Shown: piece after piece, positions 48,836 through 58,850 of the stretch
How positions within the stretch are numbered: position 1 is the stretch's first letter
How the letters are laid out: each line of letters opens with the position of its first letter
From: a bacterium
Lineage (GTDB): Bacteria; Hydrothermota; DG-26; JAUXAN01
Assembly: GCA_030619885.1 (NCBI GenBank)
Contig: JAUXAN010000003.1
Coordinates: forward strand, 21,958 to 85,957
Length of the DNA: 64,000 nucleotides
Direction: 5' to 3'
Notes under the pieces: generated by a model
What the model saw: only the letters and a program-made list of their open reading frames with translations
Database searches by the model: none
What the model was told of the DNA's origin: nothing
Translations under genes and position numbers: made by a program

Positions 48836-50083
48836 ATGATGGAATTCAAGTTATTGTCAGACAGTGATAAAAAGGCGATTGATGCGTTAAAAGAATCGCA
48901 TGGCGGTGCTGAGGGAATCAGCAAAACTATTGAGGAGATGCGCAAATTTGAGACAAGAAAGAAAATCCTTGCTGAAAAGGGTTTCGGTGAAATGATTGAA
49001 GAGGCAGAAGAGTTGGTTAAGAAATTTGGCAAAGTTGGAGATTTTGAAAAAAGTAACGGTATTTCTCATAAAGATGGTATGGGACTCGTTACCACTCAGG
49101 TCTCCGGCTTTCAGGGAGCAAAAGTTACCCATCATTGTATGAAGAGAATTGCCGAAAGTGCTTCAAGTGATATACCAGCTTTGGTACCTTCAGAAATGAT
49201 TTCCATCATGGCTTTGACTGATGACTATGTTTACAACGGTGCTCTGCTGGCTACTCTTACTATGGCTGAAGATATTATGAAGGTCAATAAGTTTTGTAAC
49301 GCCAATTTGATAGGAACTCCTCTGCCCATAAAAAGATTTCAGGATATTGAAAAAGTAACTGGCAAGAAGTTTGAAACTATACCCGCTGATAATGATATGG
49401 CACAAGTCAAGTTGATAAATCAGGGAACATTCTTTGGTAATTTCGGCGGTATCGAGGTAGCAAATGACAACCATCTAATCTATCTTGATGGTATAACACG
49501 GTGTGCAAAAACTACCGGAGGGAACTTTTATCTGAATCCAAGTTGGAGCAGTATCGTCGCAGCCTGTTACTATGCACGAGACATTCCCAATCTCGATTTT
49601 AAAGTTTCGATGCTTCTCTCAACCCAAAATTTAATCCAGTTCAGAATGCTTTTAAATATTATGAAGGAATACATTAAAGACGATATGACGAGTGCAATAT
49701 ATGAAATTAACATAGGTAATGCTTGCAGTCCCGAAACTTTTATTCAGTGTGGTAAAGAACTTGAAGAAAGCGGTGTCAAAGGCGTCAGTCAGGCTGCCCA
49801 TATTCGCATCAATCCTGACCTCGGGATAGCTAACTTTCATTGGTTTGATAATGCCGTCAAGGTTGCAGAAAGTGGTTGTAACATAACCATTAAATACGAA
49901 AGCGACGGCGAGAGCAGGGAGATGGATACGATGGAGGCATATTTCCTTTCAAAAGAAGAGCTGGAGGCAAATTTCGAAGCAATTGGTGATGTCATCTACT
50001 GTAAAACTCTGGGATGCACCAAGGACGCCAGGGAGATGATGAAAAGAGGTTTAAAAGTAAAGTTTGGAGGGAGTGCATATTAA
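48836..50083 (+). CDS. Hypothetical cytoplasmic protein
   Basis: Long ORF (~415 aa) with GGAGG SD; family not recognised. Confidence 0.75.
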   Translation: MMEFKLLSDSDKKAIDALKESHGGAEGISKTIEEMRKFETRKKILAEKGFGEMIEEAEELVKKFGKVGDFEKSNGISHKDGMGLVTTQVSGFQGAKVTHHCMKRIAESASSDIPALVPSEMISIMALTDDYVYNGALLATLTMAEDIMKVNKFCNANLIGTPLPIKRFQDIEKVTGKKFETIPADNDMAQVKLINQGTFFGNFGGIEVANDNHLIYLDGITRCAKTTGGNFYLNPSWSSIVAACYYARDIPNLDFKVSMLLSTQNLIQFRMLLNIMKEYIKDDMTSAIYEINIGNACSPETFIQCGKELEESGVKGVSQAAHIRINPDLGIANFHWFDNAVKVAESGCNITIKYESDGESREMDTMEAYFLSKEELEANFEAIGDVIYCKTLGCTKDAREMMKRGLKVKFGGSAY

Positions 50084-50202
50084 GGCAAAGTGTAACTAAC
50101 TCATATCCCATCATTAGAGGATGTATTCCTGAAGAGCCAAATGACCGGAATGGACAAGTTTGGTTTTGTGAAGGGCACTGAATAATCGAAAGGAGGTTTA
50201 AG

Positions 50203-51249
50203 ATGTCTACTCTGCAAAACTTAATTTTAATCATATCTTTGGTTCTAATACCTTCCACTCTCTATTCAGATGGAAGAGTTAAAATTGCAGTTTTTGATTT
50301 TGAACCATTCGGCGTAGACCATGCCACCATGCAGGTAGGTTCTATACTTTTTATAGAATCTCTGGTTGGAACAGGGAAGTTTGATGTCGTAAGGATAGAA
50401 GAAGAGATAAAATGCTATCGGGTTGAATGTGCTGTAGAGATAGGGAGAAATTTTGGTTTTGAAAAGGCAATTGTAGGAAGAATGGTCAAATTAGGAGAGA
50501 AGCTAATATTGACATTGAATCTCATTGATATAGCGAGTGGTGAAATAGAATTCAGTGACAAATTCGTCTGTACCTCTTTGGAGGATCTGGATACTATTTT
50601 AGAGAGAGCAGCCCAAGGAATGGCAGAGAAGAAATCATTCATAGAGACAGCAGATGTGGGAAAGATTACTGAAATGGAAACCGAAGAAGTTCGCAGAAGA
50701 AAACCTTATTCAAGTGTAGGTTTAAGAACAGGTTACCTGTTTCCTGTAAGCAAATCTTACGGAAATGTAAAAAAAGAGATGGTCACTCTTGACGCTGTGA
50801 TATTTCATGAGGCCAGAGATATCTTAGTAGAAGGACTTGGAGGGGTAAGTGCAACCGACCATACAAGTGACTGGCACTTTGACTTGCTGCTGCATAAGAT
50901 TTTCTTAACTTCTGATTTCGCACCATATCTCGGTGGGGGACCAGGAGTCCATAAAGTGACGGTTAAAGTTGAAGATTACTATTTGTCAGAAACAAAATCA
51001 GATGATGGCTTAGCACTGAGCATTTCTGGAGGGATTATAGGTTTTAGAACATATGATTTCAGAATATTTTTGAGCGGGAAATACACCTGCACCTTTGTAG
51101 ACATAGGTAATACCTCCACTCAGCATGGGTTCAGTTTAACTTTTGGGCTCACATCCCCAAGTATGGGTAAGGAAGGAGAAGCTTTTAGGATATTAGGCGG
51201 ATATCTGGGATTGTTACTATTATGTATGGTTATCTCCGCTATTGATTAA
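50203..51249 (+). CDS. Exported protein, CsgG/TolB-N-like domain plus outer-membrane beta-barrel-like region
   Basis: Signal peptide, IAVFDF..CAVEIG, alternating beta strands, PYLGGG. Confidence 0.55.
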   Translation: MSTLQNLILIISLVLIPSTLYSDGRVKIAVFDFEPFGVDHATMQVGSILFIESLVGTGKFDVVRIEEEIKCYRVECAVEIGRNFGFEKAIVGRMVKLGEKLILTLNLIDIASGEIEFSDKFVCTSLEDLDTILERAAQGMAEKKSFIETADVGKITEMETEEVRRRKPYSSVGLRTGYLFPVSKSYGNVKKEMVTLDAVIFHEARDILVEGLGGVSATDHTSDWHFDLLLHKIFLTSDFAPYLGGGPGVHKVTVKVEDYYLSETKSDDGLALSISGGIIGFRTYDFRIFLSGKYTCTFVDIGNTSTQHGFSLTFGLTSPSMGKEGEAFRILGGYLGLLLLCMVISAID

Positions 51250-51419
51250 AAATCAGAAAAGATGAACTAAATTAAATCCTTTTGAACCATTATGCAATCT
51301 GGGGCAAAGTTATTTATAGCATTTCATTTAAATGAAAGTAAATTTTAAAGGCTTAACCCCATTGTTGTATTCTTGGAAAAAGCAGTATATGGTTGCAAAT
51401 GTCAAACTCAGAAGAGTAT

Positions 51420-51450
51420 GCCCCATCCTCTATTAGAAGATGGGGCTTTT
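51420..51450 (+). terminator. Rho-independent terminator-like hairpin
   Basis: GCCCCATC-loop-GATGGGGC-TTTT. Confidence 0.6.
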
Positions 51451-51552
51451 GTATGTCTTGATTTGAGACTCGGAGTTCATTATTTATCCCAGAACCCTAT
51501 TAAGAGTGACTGTGGTAGAGGATAGGGAGACGGTCTATTAAAACTTATTTTT

Positions 51553-51933
51553 TTACTTTGATTTCCGAGCATTTTGGTTCCTCCTATTTTCTTTTTGAGT
51601 TAAATAGTGGCCTCCAATGAGTGCAAGGCCTATGAAGAGCGGCACAAGTCCACCAACGATTTTCTCAGCCACTCCTGCAATTGGTAATCCAATTACGAGA
51701 GCCAACCCGATTGCACCAAAAACGAGACCAGTTACTAGGAGTACTATTCCCTTCCCACCACTTGGAGCTTCTGTGAGTCCATGCTCGATCATAGCGATTT
51801 TCTCTTCATGTCTTGCTTTTACGAGTTTAAAGATGAAGGTAAAGAGCATCACTATGAGGACTATAGGTATCGCAAACGCTCCAGCGACTGCCAAAATGGC
51901 TGTGATTCCTCCTGGTATTATTTGTTCAAACAT
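51553..51933 (-). CDS. Membrane protein, DUF6249-like (start moved to MFEQI)
   Basis: ARHEEKIAMIEHG motif, 3 TM helices, AAGGAGG SD; divergent from the ECF sigma. Confidence 0.65.
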   Translation of the reverse strand: MFEQIIPGGITAILAVAGAFAIPIVLIVMLFTFIFKLVKARHEEKIAMIEHGLTEAPSGGKGIVLLVTGLVFGAIGLALVIGLPIAGVAEKIVGGLVPLFIGLALIGGHYLTQKENRRNQNARKSK

Positions 51934-51972
51934 TTTTACCTCCTTTTTGATAAAATTTTCATTTTTCATAAT

Positions 51973-52040
51973 ATTAGACTTACAGAGGGAGGAAAAAGTT
52001 GCATTCGTATGAAACTTTTCCCACATCTTTTATGTCTAAT
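51973..52040. promoter_or_regulatory. Back-to-back twin ECF-sigma promoters
   Basis: Plus strand TGAAACTTTT-N14-GTCTAAT (52010-52040); minus strand TGCAACTTTT-N14-GTCTAAT (52003-51973). Confidence 0.75.
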
Positions 52041-52054
52041 TATTTAGGAAGGAG

Positions 52055-52615
52055 ATGAAAGAACTGAAAGATGAAGAGCTTGTCCTCCTTTCTCAAAAAG
52101 GTGATAAGCAAGCCTTTGGCGAATTGATCGAAAGATATAAAGGGATGATATTTACAATGATAAATAGAATATTAGGCGACCCAAGTATAGCTGATGATGT
52201 TGCACAGGATGTCTTCATAAGAGCATACAAAGCACTTCCCAGGTTCCGGAAAGAGGCGAAATTCTCAACCTGGCTTCACAGAATTTGTTATAATCTATGT
52301 ATTACAATAGTTAAGAAAAGGAGGAAAGAAGTAGATCTTTCCTACAGAATGGAACAGTATCAAAATAGTATAGAAATGGCATACGAAAGAAAAGAGATTC
52401 AGGAGAAAGTGAGATGGCTCATATCCGAATTATCGCCGGTTTATAGCTCAGCGATAACTCTTCGACATATTCACGGTCTGTCTTACAAAGAAATTTCCGA
52501 AATTTTGGGTCAGCCCCTGGGAACTACAAAATCTACAATTTTAAGAGCACGAGAACAACTCAAAAAGTTAGCACTGGAAAAGATTGGGTGGGATGTGATC
52601 AAGGAGGTTCTATGA
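52055..52615 (+). CDS. ECF RNA polymerase sigma factor
   Basis: DVAQDVF, FSTWLHRI, LSYKEIS..GTTKS..RAR. Confidence 0.93.
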   Translation: MKELKDEELVLLSQKGDKQAFGELIERYKGMIFTMINRILGDPSIADDVAQDVFIRAYKALPRFRKEAKFSTWLHRICYNLCITIVKKRRKEVDLSYRMEQYQNSIEMAYERKEIQEKVRWLISELSPVYSSAITLRHIHGLSYKEISEILGQPLGTTKSTILRAREQLKKLALEKIGWDVIKEVL

Positions 52616-53136
52616 GGTGTAAAGATGTAAGAAGCAGACTTCAGAATTATGTACTCGGAGAAATCTCTGAGGGAGAAAAACTCGCAATAGAAAACCATTT
52701 AAATTCTTGCCAGGAGTGCCAGAAGGAAGAGCAAATCAGGAGATGGCTTATTGTCACCTTAGAGTCTGATGTGATGGAGGAACCCTCTGCAAACTTTGTT
52801 CAGTCAGTCATGGAGAAGTTACCAGAGAGAATTCCAGCCGTGTCTATAAAGTTCCTGTTTGCATCTATTCTTTCTCTAACCCTTGGGGGTCTCTTCGGGT
52901 TAGGATTTCTGTTCAGAGAGAAGTTGCTCCAATTGACCTACGACCTTCAGATATCAGTCGCAAAAGCACTTTCAAGTTTAGACCCGGAAGCCTTTCTCGC
53001 AAATTTTCTGATGCCTAAAATGGGGTCAATCTATCTTGTGACTTTGGGGTTCGCTTGTCTATTAGTCACTGTATCAATCATTTGGTTTGCAAGATACTAT
53101 TGGGAGCCTGTCCAATATAGAATTGAACCGAAGTAG
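52612..53136 (+). CDS. Zn-binding anti-sigma factor (zf-HC2) with TM helices
   Basis: HLNSCQEC (HxxxCxxC); overlaps the sigma stop. Confidence 0.88.
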   Translation: MRCKDVRSRLQNYVLGEISEGEKLAIENHLNSCQECQKEEQIRRWLIVTLESDVMEEPSANFVQSVMEKLPERIPAVSIKFLFASILSLTLGGLFGLGFLFREKLLQLTYDLQISVAKALSSLDPEAFLANFLMPKMGSIYLVTLGFACLLVTVSIIWFARYYWEPVQYRIEPK

Positions 53137-53149
53137 GGGCAAAATCGGG

Positions 53150-53923
53150 TTAAAATATCTTGATATATTTTCTTGGATTCTCCTTGAAATCCTTTATTAC
53201 TTCCCGCAGTTCTTTTGCGGCGGCTGTCAACTCGTTATAGAGCGTTTCATCTTTGAGCAATTTCCCTGCCGTCCCTTCACCTCTATTTATTCTTTCTATT
53301 AAAGTATCTGCTTTGGCGGTGAGGCGGTTCAGTTTTACAAGTTCATCTTCAAATTTACCTCTGTTTTTTTCAATCATTCTACCCAGTTTATCAGATGTAG
53401 TCTTTAAACTCTTCGCCATAGCCCTCGTTTCACTCAATATCTCATCCAGGTCTATCTCTTTACTTGTCTTAATGAGAGAAAGCAATTTTGCTGTACCTTC
53501 TGCAAGCTCACTCACAGAAGATAGAATTTTAGTGAATTCGAAGGCGCACTTCCCTTCAAGCGGTTTTTCCCTGTCGTAAATAGTGGAGTCTGTGCCCGGG
53601 ATTATCAGTATCCTCCGTTCACCAAAGAGCCCTGTTGACTCGATTATACCTTTCGCATCTTTTCTTAAGAGGACATCTTTTTCGAGCCATACCCGTACCC
53701 TTATGCCATCTGGAAGAAGGGCAACTTTATCCACACCGCCTTTTTTAATTCCAAATACGAGCGCAGGGTCCCCCTTTTTTAATCCACTTGCATCGGAAAA
53801 ATTTATCTCGATGAAGTAGCGATTCCTTCTCATCTCCATATTAGTGAGCCAGTATAGACCGACCAGGAGGATTATTATCGCGCAAGTAGTGATAATGCCG
53901 ACTTTTAATTCTTTCTCTTTCAT
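53150..53923 (-). CDS. mlaD: MlaD/MCE family protein
   Basis: ASGLKKGDP..G..GV; follows mlaF. Confidence 0.88.
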   Translation of the reverse strand: MKEKELKVGIITTCAIIILLVGLYWLTNMEMRRNRYFIEINFSDASGLKKGDPALVFGIKKGGVDKVALLPDGIRVRVWLEKDVLLRKDAKGIIESTGLFGERRILIIPGTDSTIYDREKPLEGKCAFEFTKILSSVSELAEGTAKLLSLIKTSKEIDLDEILSETRAMAKSLKTTSDKLGRMIEKNRGKFEDELVKLNRLTAKADTLIERINRGEGTAGKLLKDETLYNELTAAAKELREVIKDFKENPRKYIKIF

Positions 53924-54687
53924 ACCTTTCCTTTATTAATCCTTCTGAATCTTCGACGGAATGTCCCTGATGATTTTAAAAATTCTTTCACTCGAGGGTC
54001 TCTGTTCTCTTTCAACTCCTTTTCAGTCCCTTTGAATATGATCTTTCCGTCCGCTAACATCGCAAAGGTATTACCGATTTTGAATGCACTCGCTATGTCA
54101 TGTGTAACCGTGATGGAAGTAGTTTTTAACTTTTTCTGTATCTCGATTATTAAATCATTTATCTTATCAGCCAACACCGGATCCACCCCAGTAGTGGGTT
54201 CATCGAACAAGATATACAAAGGTTCCATAACCAGTGCCCTCGCCAGTGCTACCCTCTTTTTCATCCCACCGGAAAGTTCAGCAGGTCTCAAATTTTCTAT
54301 CTGTTCAAGACCTACCAGTCTTAATTTCTCTTCAACTACCCTCCTTATATCTTCATCTGAAAGTCGGGTATGTTCTCTGAGTGGCAACCCGATATTCTCT
54401 CCCACAGTCATTGAATCGAATAAAGCACCACTTTGAAATAGCATACCGAATTTCTTTCTCATCTCATACAATTTCTTCCTTCTAACCTTCGTTATGTCAA
54501 TCCCATCTATTCTAATTTCCCCTTCATCAGGTTTAAGCAGCCCTATTAGATGTTTTAAGAGAACTGTCTTGCCGCATCCGCTCTTTCCAATTATGACGAG
54601 CGTATCACCATCTGAGATGGTCAGATTCACGCCGTTTAATACCGTTTCTCCATCGAATCTCTTATGCAAATTTTTAATCTCAATCAT
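53920..54687 (-). CDS. mlaF: MlaF-family ABC ATPase
   Basis: GKSGCGKT, FQSGALFDS, LSGGMKKR, DEPT. Confidence 0.9.
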   Translation of the reverse strand: MIEIKNLHKRFDGETVLNGVNLTISDGDTLVIIGKSGCGKTVLLKHLIGLLKPDEGEIRIDGIDITKVRRKKLYEMRKKFGMLFQSGALFDSMTVGENIGLPLREHTRLSDEDIRRVVEEKLRLVGLEQIENLRPAELSGGMKKRVALARALVMEPLYILFDEPTTGVDPVLADKINDLIIEIQKKLKTTSITVTHDIASAFKIGNTFAMLADGKIIFKGTEKELKENRDPRVKEFLKSSGTFRRRFRRINKGKV

Positions 54688-55433
54688 CTAAATATAAACG
54701 ACCCTACAAAATAATCTGCCATTAAAATAAGAACAGAAGCAGCTACCACTGCTTTTGTCGTTGCAATCCCTACACCCTCTGCTCCACCTTTTGCTTTTGC
54801 ACCGAAGTGATAGCCCATTGTAGTAATTATTATGCCAAAGAAGACCGCTTTGACTAGACCACCGAGTAGGTCTTTGATCTCGAAAAACCATCTCAAACCT
54901 TCCAGAAAGGAGTGTAAACTCACTCCTATAGATAGTGTTGAAATTAACATTGCACTTATGATGGCTATAAAATCTGTAAATATCACCAGGATTGGCACCA
55001 TAATCATTCCTGCAAGCAGTCTTGGCAAAAATAAATATTTAACGGGGTCGATAGAGAGTGATTCGAGTCCATCTATCTGTTCTGTCACCCTCATCGTTCC
55101 TATCTCTGCCGCTATTGATGCTCCGACCCTGCCTGAAAGGACGAGAGCTGCTAACATCGGGCCAAGCTCAATGAATATCATCTTCGAGATACCTACACTG
55201 AGAAGTTCCAGTGAGACATATTCCTTTATCTGATAGGCTGTCTGGATAGATGCGACCATTCCTGTGAAGGCGGAAGTTAGAACGATAAGTGGAAGTGAGG
55301 TATAGCCTATTGCAAATAGCTGTTGTGTAAGTAAATTAAAACTTTTGAATATCTTCGGAAACTGTACAACAGCCATTCCAAGAAGCATGAATACAGAACC
55401 TATGTTTGAGAAGAAGTACTTTGTTCTATTCAT
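54684..55433 (-). CDS. mlaE: MlaE-family permease
   Basis: ELGP, GRVGASIAAEIGTM, GGAEGVG. Confidence 0.92.
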   Translation of the reverse strand: MNRTKYFFSNIGSVFMLLGMAVVQFPKIFKSFNLLTQQLFAIGYTSLPLIVLTSAFTGMVASIQTAYQIKEYVSLELLSVGISKMIFIELGPMLAALVLSGRVGASIAAEIGTMRVTEQIDGLESLSIDPVKYLFLPRLLAGMIMVPILVIFTDFIAIISAMLISTLSIGVSLHSFLEGLRWFFEIKDLLGGLVKAVFFGIIITTMGYHFGAKAKGGAEGVGIATTKAVVAASVLILMADYFVGSFIFR

Positions 55434-56776
55434 CCTTCTGATACATATTCAGGGATAACCTCGCCAATCCCCTCTGAATGCGATACAAATCTTGCATAGT
55501 CTTTCTGGAAGGTCAATTTTAATTCACCTGTTGGTCCATTTCTCTGTTTAGCGATATAGAGTTCCGCGATTCCCTGTGCATCTTTTGAGTACATTTCGGG
55601 TCTGTATAAAAAGATGACCACATCCGCATCCTGTTCTATGGCTCCAGATTCCCGCAGGTCGGAGAGGACAGGTCTTTTTTTCTCTCTCGATTCAACTGCC
55701 CTTGACAGTTGTGAACATGCGACAACGGGAACATTCAGTTCTTTTGAGAGCGATTTCAATGCCCTTGTAATTTCAGCGATTTCTTGCTGACGAGTGTCGG
55801 TCTTTGGACCTTGAACAAGTTGTAAATAGTCTACGATGAGCAGCTTGATATCAACTTCTGCTTTCAGCCTTCTTGCTTTGGTTCTTAATTCTAATATAGG
55901 TATAGCAGGTGTATCGTCTATATGTATATCTGCATCCCTCAATATACCAGCGGCGGTAGCGAGCCTTGATATATCCTCATCTGAACCGTATCCTGTTCTG
56001 ATTCTATGGGCATTTACCCTCGCCTGCGAAAAAAGTATCCTCTGTACTAAAAGTTCTTTTGACATCTCTAAAGAAAATATTGCTACAGGGAGTTTTTCTA
56101 CAATTGATATATGCTCCGCAATGTTCAAAACGAGTGAGGTTTTGCCCATTGAAGGTCTGCCTGCGACTATGATCAGATCCGTAGACTGAAAACCTGATGT
56201 TAGTACATCGAGGTCTTTGTAACCAGACGGAACGCCCGTTACGAATCTCTTGTGTTTTACAAGGTCATCGAAATATGATATAGAAGTCACCAACAACTCT
56301 CTTATTGGTGTGAATCCCTTTCGCAGTCTCTTCTCTTTAATTGAGAATATGAGTTGTTCTGCCTTATCAAGCAGTGTATCTGCATTTTCAGTAGCGGCAT
56401 AAGAATCCTGAACTATCTGTGTAGCATTACTTATGAGCCTGCGCAGAACAGATTTTTCAAGTACTATCTTCGCATGATGTTCTACATGGGCAGTGGTATC
56501 TACATTCTCCTGCAGAGAAACTAGATAGACAGCACCTCCTATCTCATCAAGTTCACCTTTTTTCTTTAACTCTTCGGTAAGGGTGACGAGGTCGCAGACC
56601 TTGGTCGTATCGAAGAGTTTGACGATAGCCGTATATATCTTCTTGTGTGTACTCAGATAGAAAGATTCTGGTTCGAGATATTCCATCACTTTAGGGATCG
56701 TGGTATTATCTATGAGCATGGCTCCAAGGACTGATGCTTCTGCCTCTATTGATTTGGGATACTCTTTCTCTGCCAT
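55430..56776 (-). CDS. dnaB: Replicative DNA helicase
   Basis: GRPSMGKT, DYLQL, SQLSR, SDLRESGAIEQDAD, KQRNG. Confidence 0.97.
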   Translation of the reverse strand: MAEKEYPKSIEAEASVLGAMLIDNTTIPKVMEYLEPESFYLSTHKKIYTAIVKLFDTTKVCDLVTLTEELKKKGELDEIGGAVYLVSLQENVDTTAHVEHHAKIVLEKSVLRRLISNATQIVQDSYAATENADTLLDKAEQLIFSIKEKRLRKGFTPIRELLVTSISYFDDLVKHKRFVTGVPSGYKDLDVLTSGFQSTDLIIVAGRPSMGKTSLVLNIAEHISIVEKLPVAIFSLEMSKELLVQRILFSQARVNAHRIRTGYGSDEDISRLATAAGILRDADIHIDDTPAIPILELRTKARRLKAEVDIKLLIVDYLQLVQGPKTDTRQQEIAEITRALKSLSKELNVPVVACSQLSRAVESREKKRPVLSDLRESGAIEQDADVVIFLYRPEMYSKDAQGIAELYIAKQRNGPTGELKLTFQKDYARFVSHSEGIGEVIPEYVSEG

Positions 56777-57465
56777 TACTCTTCCTTATTATCGTAAAGT
56801 TTTCTCACCAACTTCACATCTTCCCATGTTTTAACTTTCAAATTTGGATTCCTCAAAAGAGCAGCAGGATGATAGGTAGGAACTACCTTTAAGACGGGTT
56901 TCTTTGAAGGGTATGGGAATATCCTTCCACGCATTGTGTACATAGGTTCTTTAGATGAAAGAAGGGTCTGTGTAGCAATCGCCCCAAGTGTTACTATTAT
57001 TCTTGGCTTTATTATTTCTATCTGTTTTGTAAGAAATGGCATACAACTATTTATCTCGGATTCTTGCGGTGTTCTGTTATTCGGTGGTCTGCACTTCAAG
57101 ATATTGCTAATATACACTTCCTCACGCCTTAACTTTATTGCATTTAGTATCCTGGTCAAAAGTTGTCCTGCTGCTCCTACAAAAGGTCTTCCCTGTTCAT
57201 CCTCATCCCTACCCGGTGCCTCACCAATGAGAACTATTGGAGCATTAGAATCTCCTTCCCCCAAAACGATATTCTTCCTCGTCCGATAGAGTCCACACTC
57301 TTTACAGTTTACGATAGATTTGTATAGCATGCTGAGCAAATCCTTTTTGGACGGTTCTTTGTTCTTCATATTTAAAAAAAATTCACTATCACCATATTCA
57401 CTCTGCTGTCGAAGATAGTTTTTTAGCAACCTGAGAGGTTCTCTATATCGTTCTCTCGTTTCCAT
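56776..57465 (-). CDS. Uracil-DNA glycosylase, family 4
   Basis: CKECGL, GEAPG, PFVG, KCRPP, YHPA. Confidence 0.92.
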   Translation of the reverse strand: METRERYREPLRLLKNYLRQQSEYGDSEFFLNMKNKEPSKKDLLSMLYKSIVNCKECGLYRTRKNIVLGEGDSNAPIVLIGEAPGRDEDEQGRPFVGAAGQLLTRILNAIKLRREEVYISNILKCRPPNNRTPQESEINSCMPFLTKQIEIIKPRIIVTLGAIATQTLLSSKEPMYTMRGRIFPYPSKKPVLKVVPTYHPAALLRNPNLKVKTWEDVKLVRKLYDNKEE

Positions 57466-57472
57466 TCTTTCT

Positions 57473-58642
57473 TTATGCGGCTTTGATACGGTCGATTATC
57501 TGTTCTGCGAGTTCTTTTTTAGTTGTCCTGGGAAGTTTCTCAGTCGCCCCTGTTTTATCTATGATGATTACTTTAGCCGTATCTGAGCCCAGAGCGGTAT
57601 CATCATTCAACACTATAAAATCCAGTCCCTTCTCTTTCAGTTTCTTTTCGGCATTTTCGATATGTTTACTGGTCTCGAGTGAAAAACCGCACACTTTCAA
57701 ACCCTTGATATGTTCAGCCTTGACTGAAGAGAGAATATCATCAGTCCTTATAAGCGGAAGATTTATTTTATTCTTTGTCTTTTTGAGTTTCTGTTGAGAA
57801 AAAGATTCTGGTTTATAATCTGTAACCGCAGCCGTCATTATCAGCACATCTGTATTTTTCACTTTTTTTAAAACCTCTTCCTTCATCTGGTCTGAAGTTC
57901 TTACTTGAGTGAATTCTATACCCTGTGGTGGGTCGAGAGTGGATGGACCGCTTATGAGCGTGACATCAGCGCCTCTTTTCTTTGCAGCCTCTGCGATTGC
58001 ATAGCCAAATTTACCCGAAGACCGATTGGTCATAATCCTCACAGGGTCGAGCGGTTCTTCTGTTCTCGATGCAGTGACCAGAAAATTTTTGCCTTTCAAA
58101 TCGAGTTTAGGATTTAAGATGTCTATAATACTTTTAATGATCTTCTCTTTGGTAGCGAGTCTTCCCTTCCCGATTTTGCCAGAAGCGAGTTCTCCAGTAT
58201 CAGGCTCTACGAAGTGAAAGTTGAATTTTTTAAGGGTCGATACATTCTTATGCAGTATGGGATTTCGCCACATATTGACATTCATAGCCGGGGCGATGAG
58301 TACAGGTGACTTTGTTGCGAGGGTGATGGTTGAGAGTATATCGTCTGCTATGCCCGAAGCAAGTTTCCCAATTATGTTCGCGGTAGCAGGTACAATTGCA
58401 AGCAGGTCCATCCATTCTCCCAGGTCTATATGTGGCATAGACTTTTTATTCCACAAAGAATCAATGACTTCATTAGAGGAAATTGTCTTGAAAGACAGAG
58501 GTGTGACAAATCTCTTCGCATTCTCTGTCATCACTACGACTACATCCGCTTCAAGTCTTTTAAGTTCTCGAACTATGTCTAAAGATTTATAGGCTGCGAT
58601 ACTGCCCGTCACTCCCACAACTATTTTCTTGTTTTCAAGCAC
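57473..58642 (-). CDS. coaBC: Phosphopantothenoylcysteine decarboxylase/ligase
   Basis: GVTGSIAAYK, PATAN, PAMN, DPVR..NRSSG. Confidence 0.95.
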   Translation of the reverse strand: MLENKKIVVGVTGSIAAYKSLDIVRELKRLEADVVVVMTENAKRFVTPLSFKTISSNEVIDSLWNKKSMPHIDLGEWMDLLAIVPATANIIGKLASGIADDILSTITLATKSPVLIAPAMNVNMWRNPILHKNVSTLKKFNFHFVEPDTGELASGKIGKGRLATKEKIIKSIIDILNPKLDLKGKNFLVTASRTEEPLDPVRIMTNRSSGKFGYAIAEAAKKRGADVTLISGPSTLDPPQGIEFTQVRTSDQMKEEVLKKVKNTDVLIMTAAVTDYKPESFSQQKLKKTKNKINLPLIRTDDILSSVKAEHIKGLKVCGFSLETSKHIENAEKKLKEKGLDFIVLNDDTALGSDTAKVIIIDKTGATEKLPRTTKKELAEQIIDRIKAA

Positions 58643-58850
58643 CTTATTTTCAAATATAAAATATTTTAAAAAGTGTCAAGTAAAAAGTTTCAACTACAGA
58701 GAACACAGAGTTCACAGAGAAAAGTACATCTTTCTCTTTGAGTTTAGATTTGCGATTTAATGTATAATTTCCTATACAATCAAGGGAAAAGTGTGTATCC
58801 TTGTTGTGCTGAAAGCTTGACATTTCTTTTCCCTATATATATTTTCAATA

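Noticed and set aside
55430-56776. Intein in DnaB
   Set aside because: Normal length (448 aa) with contiguous motifs.
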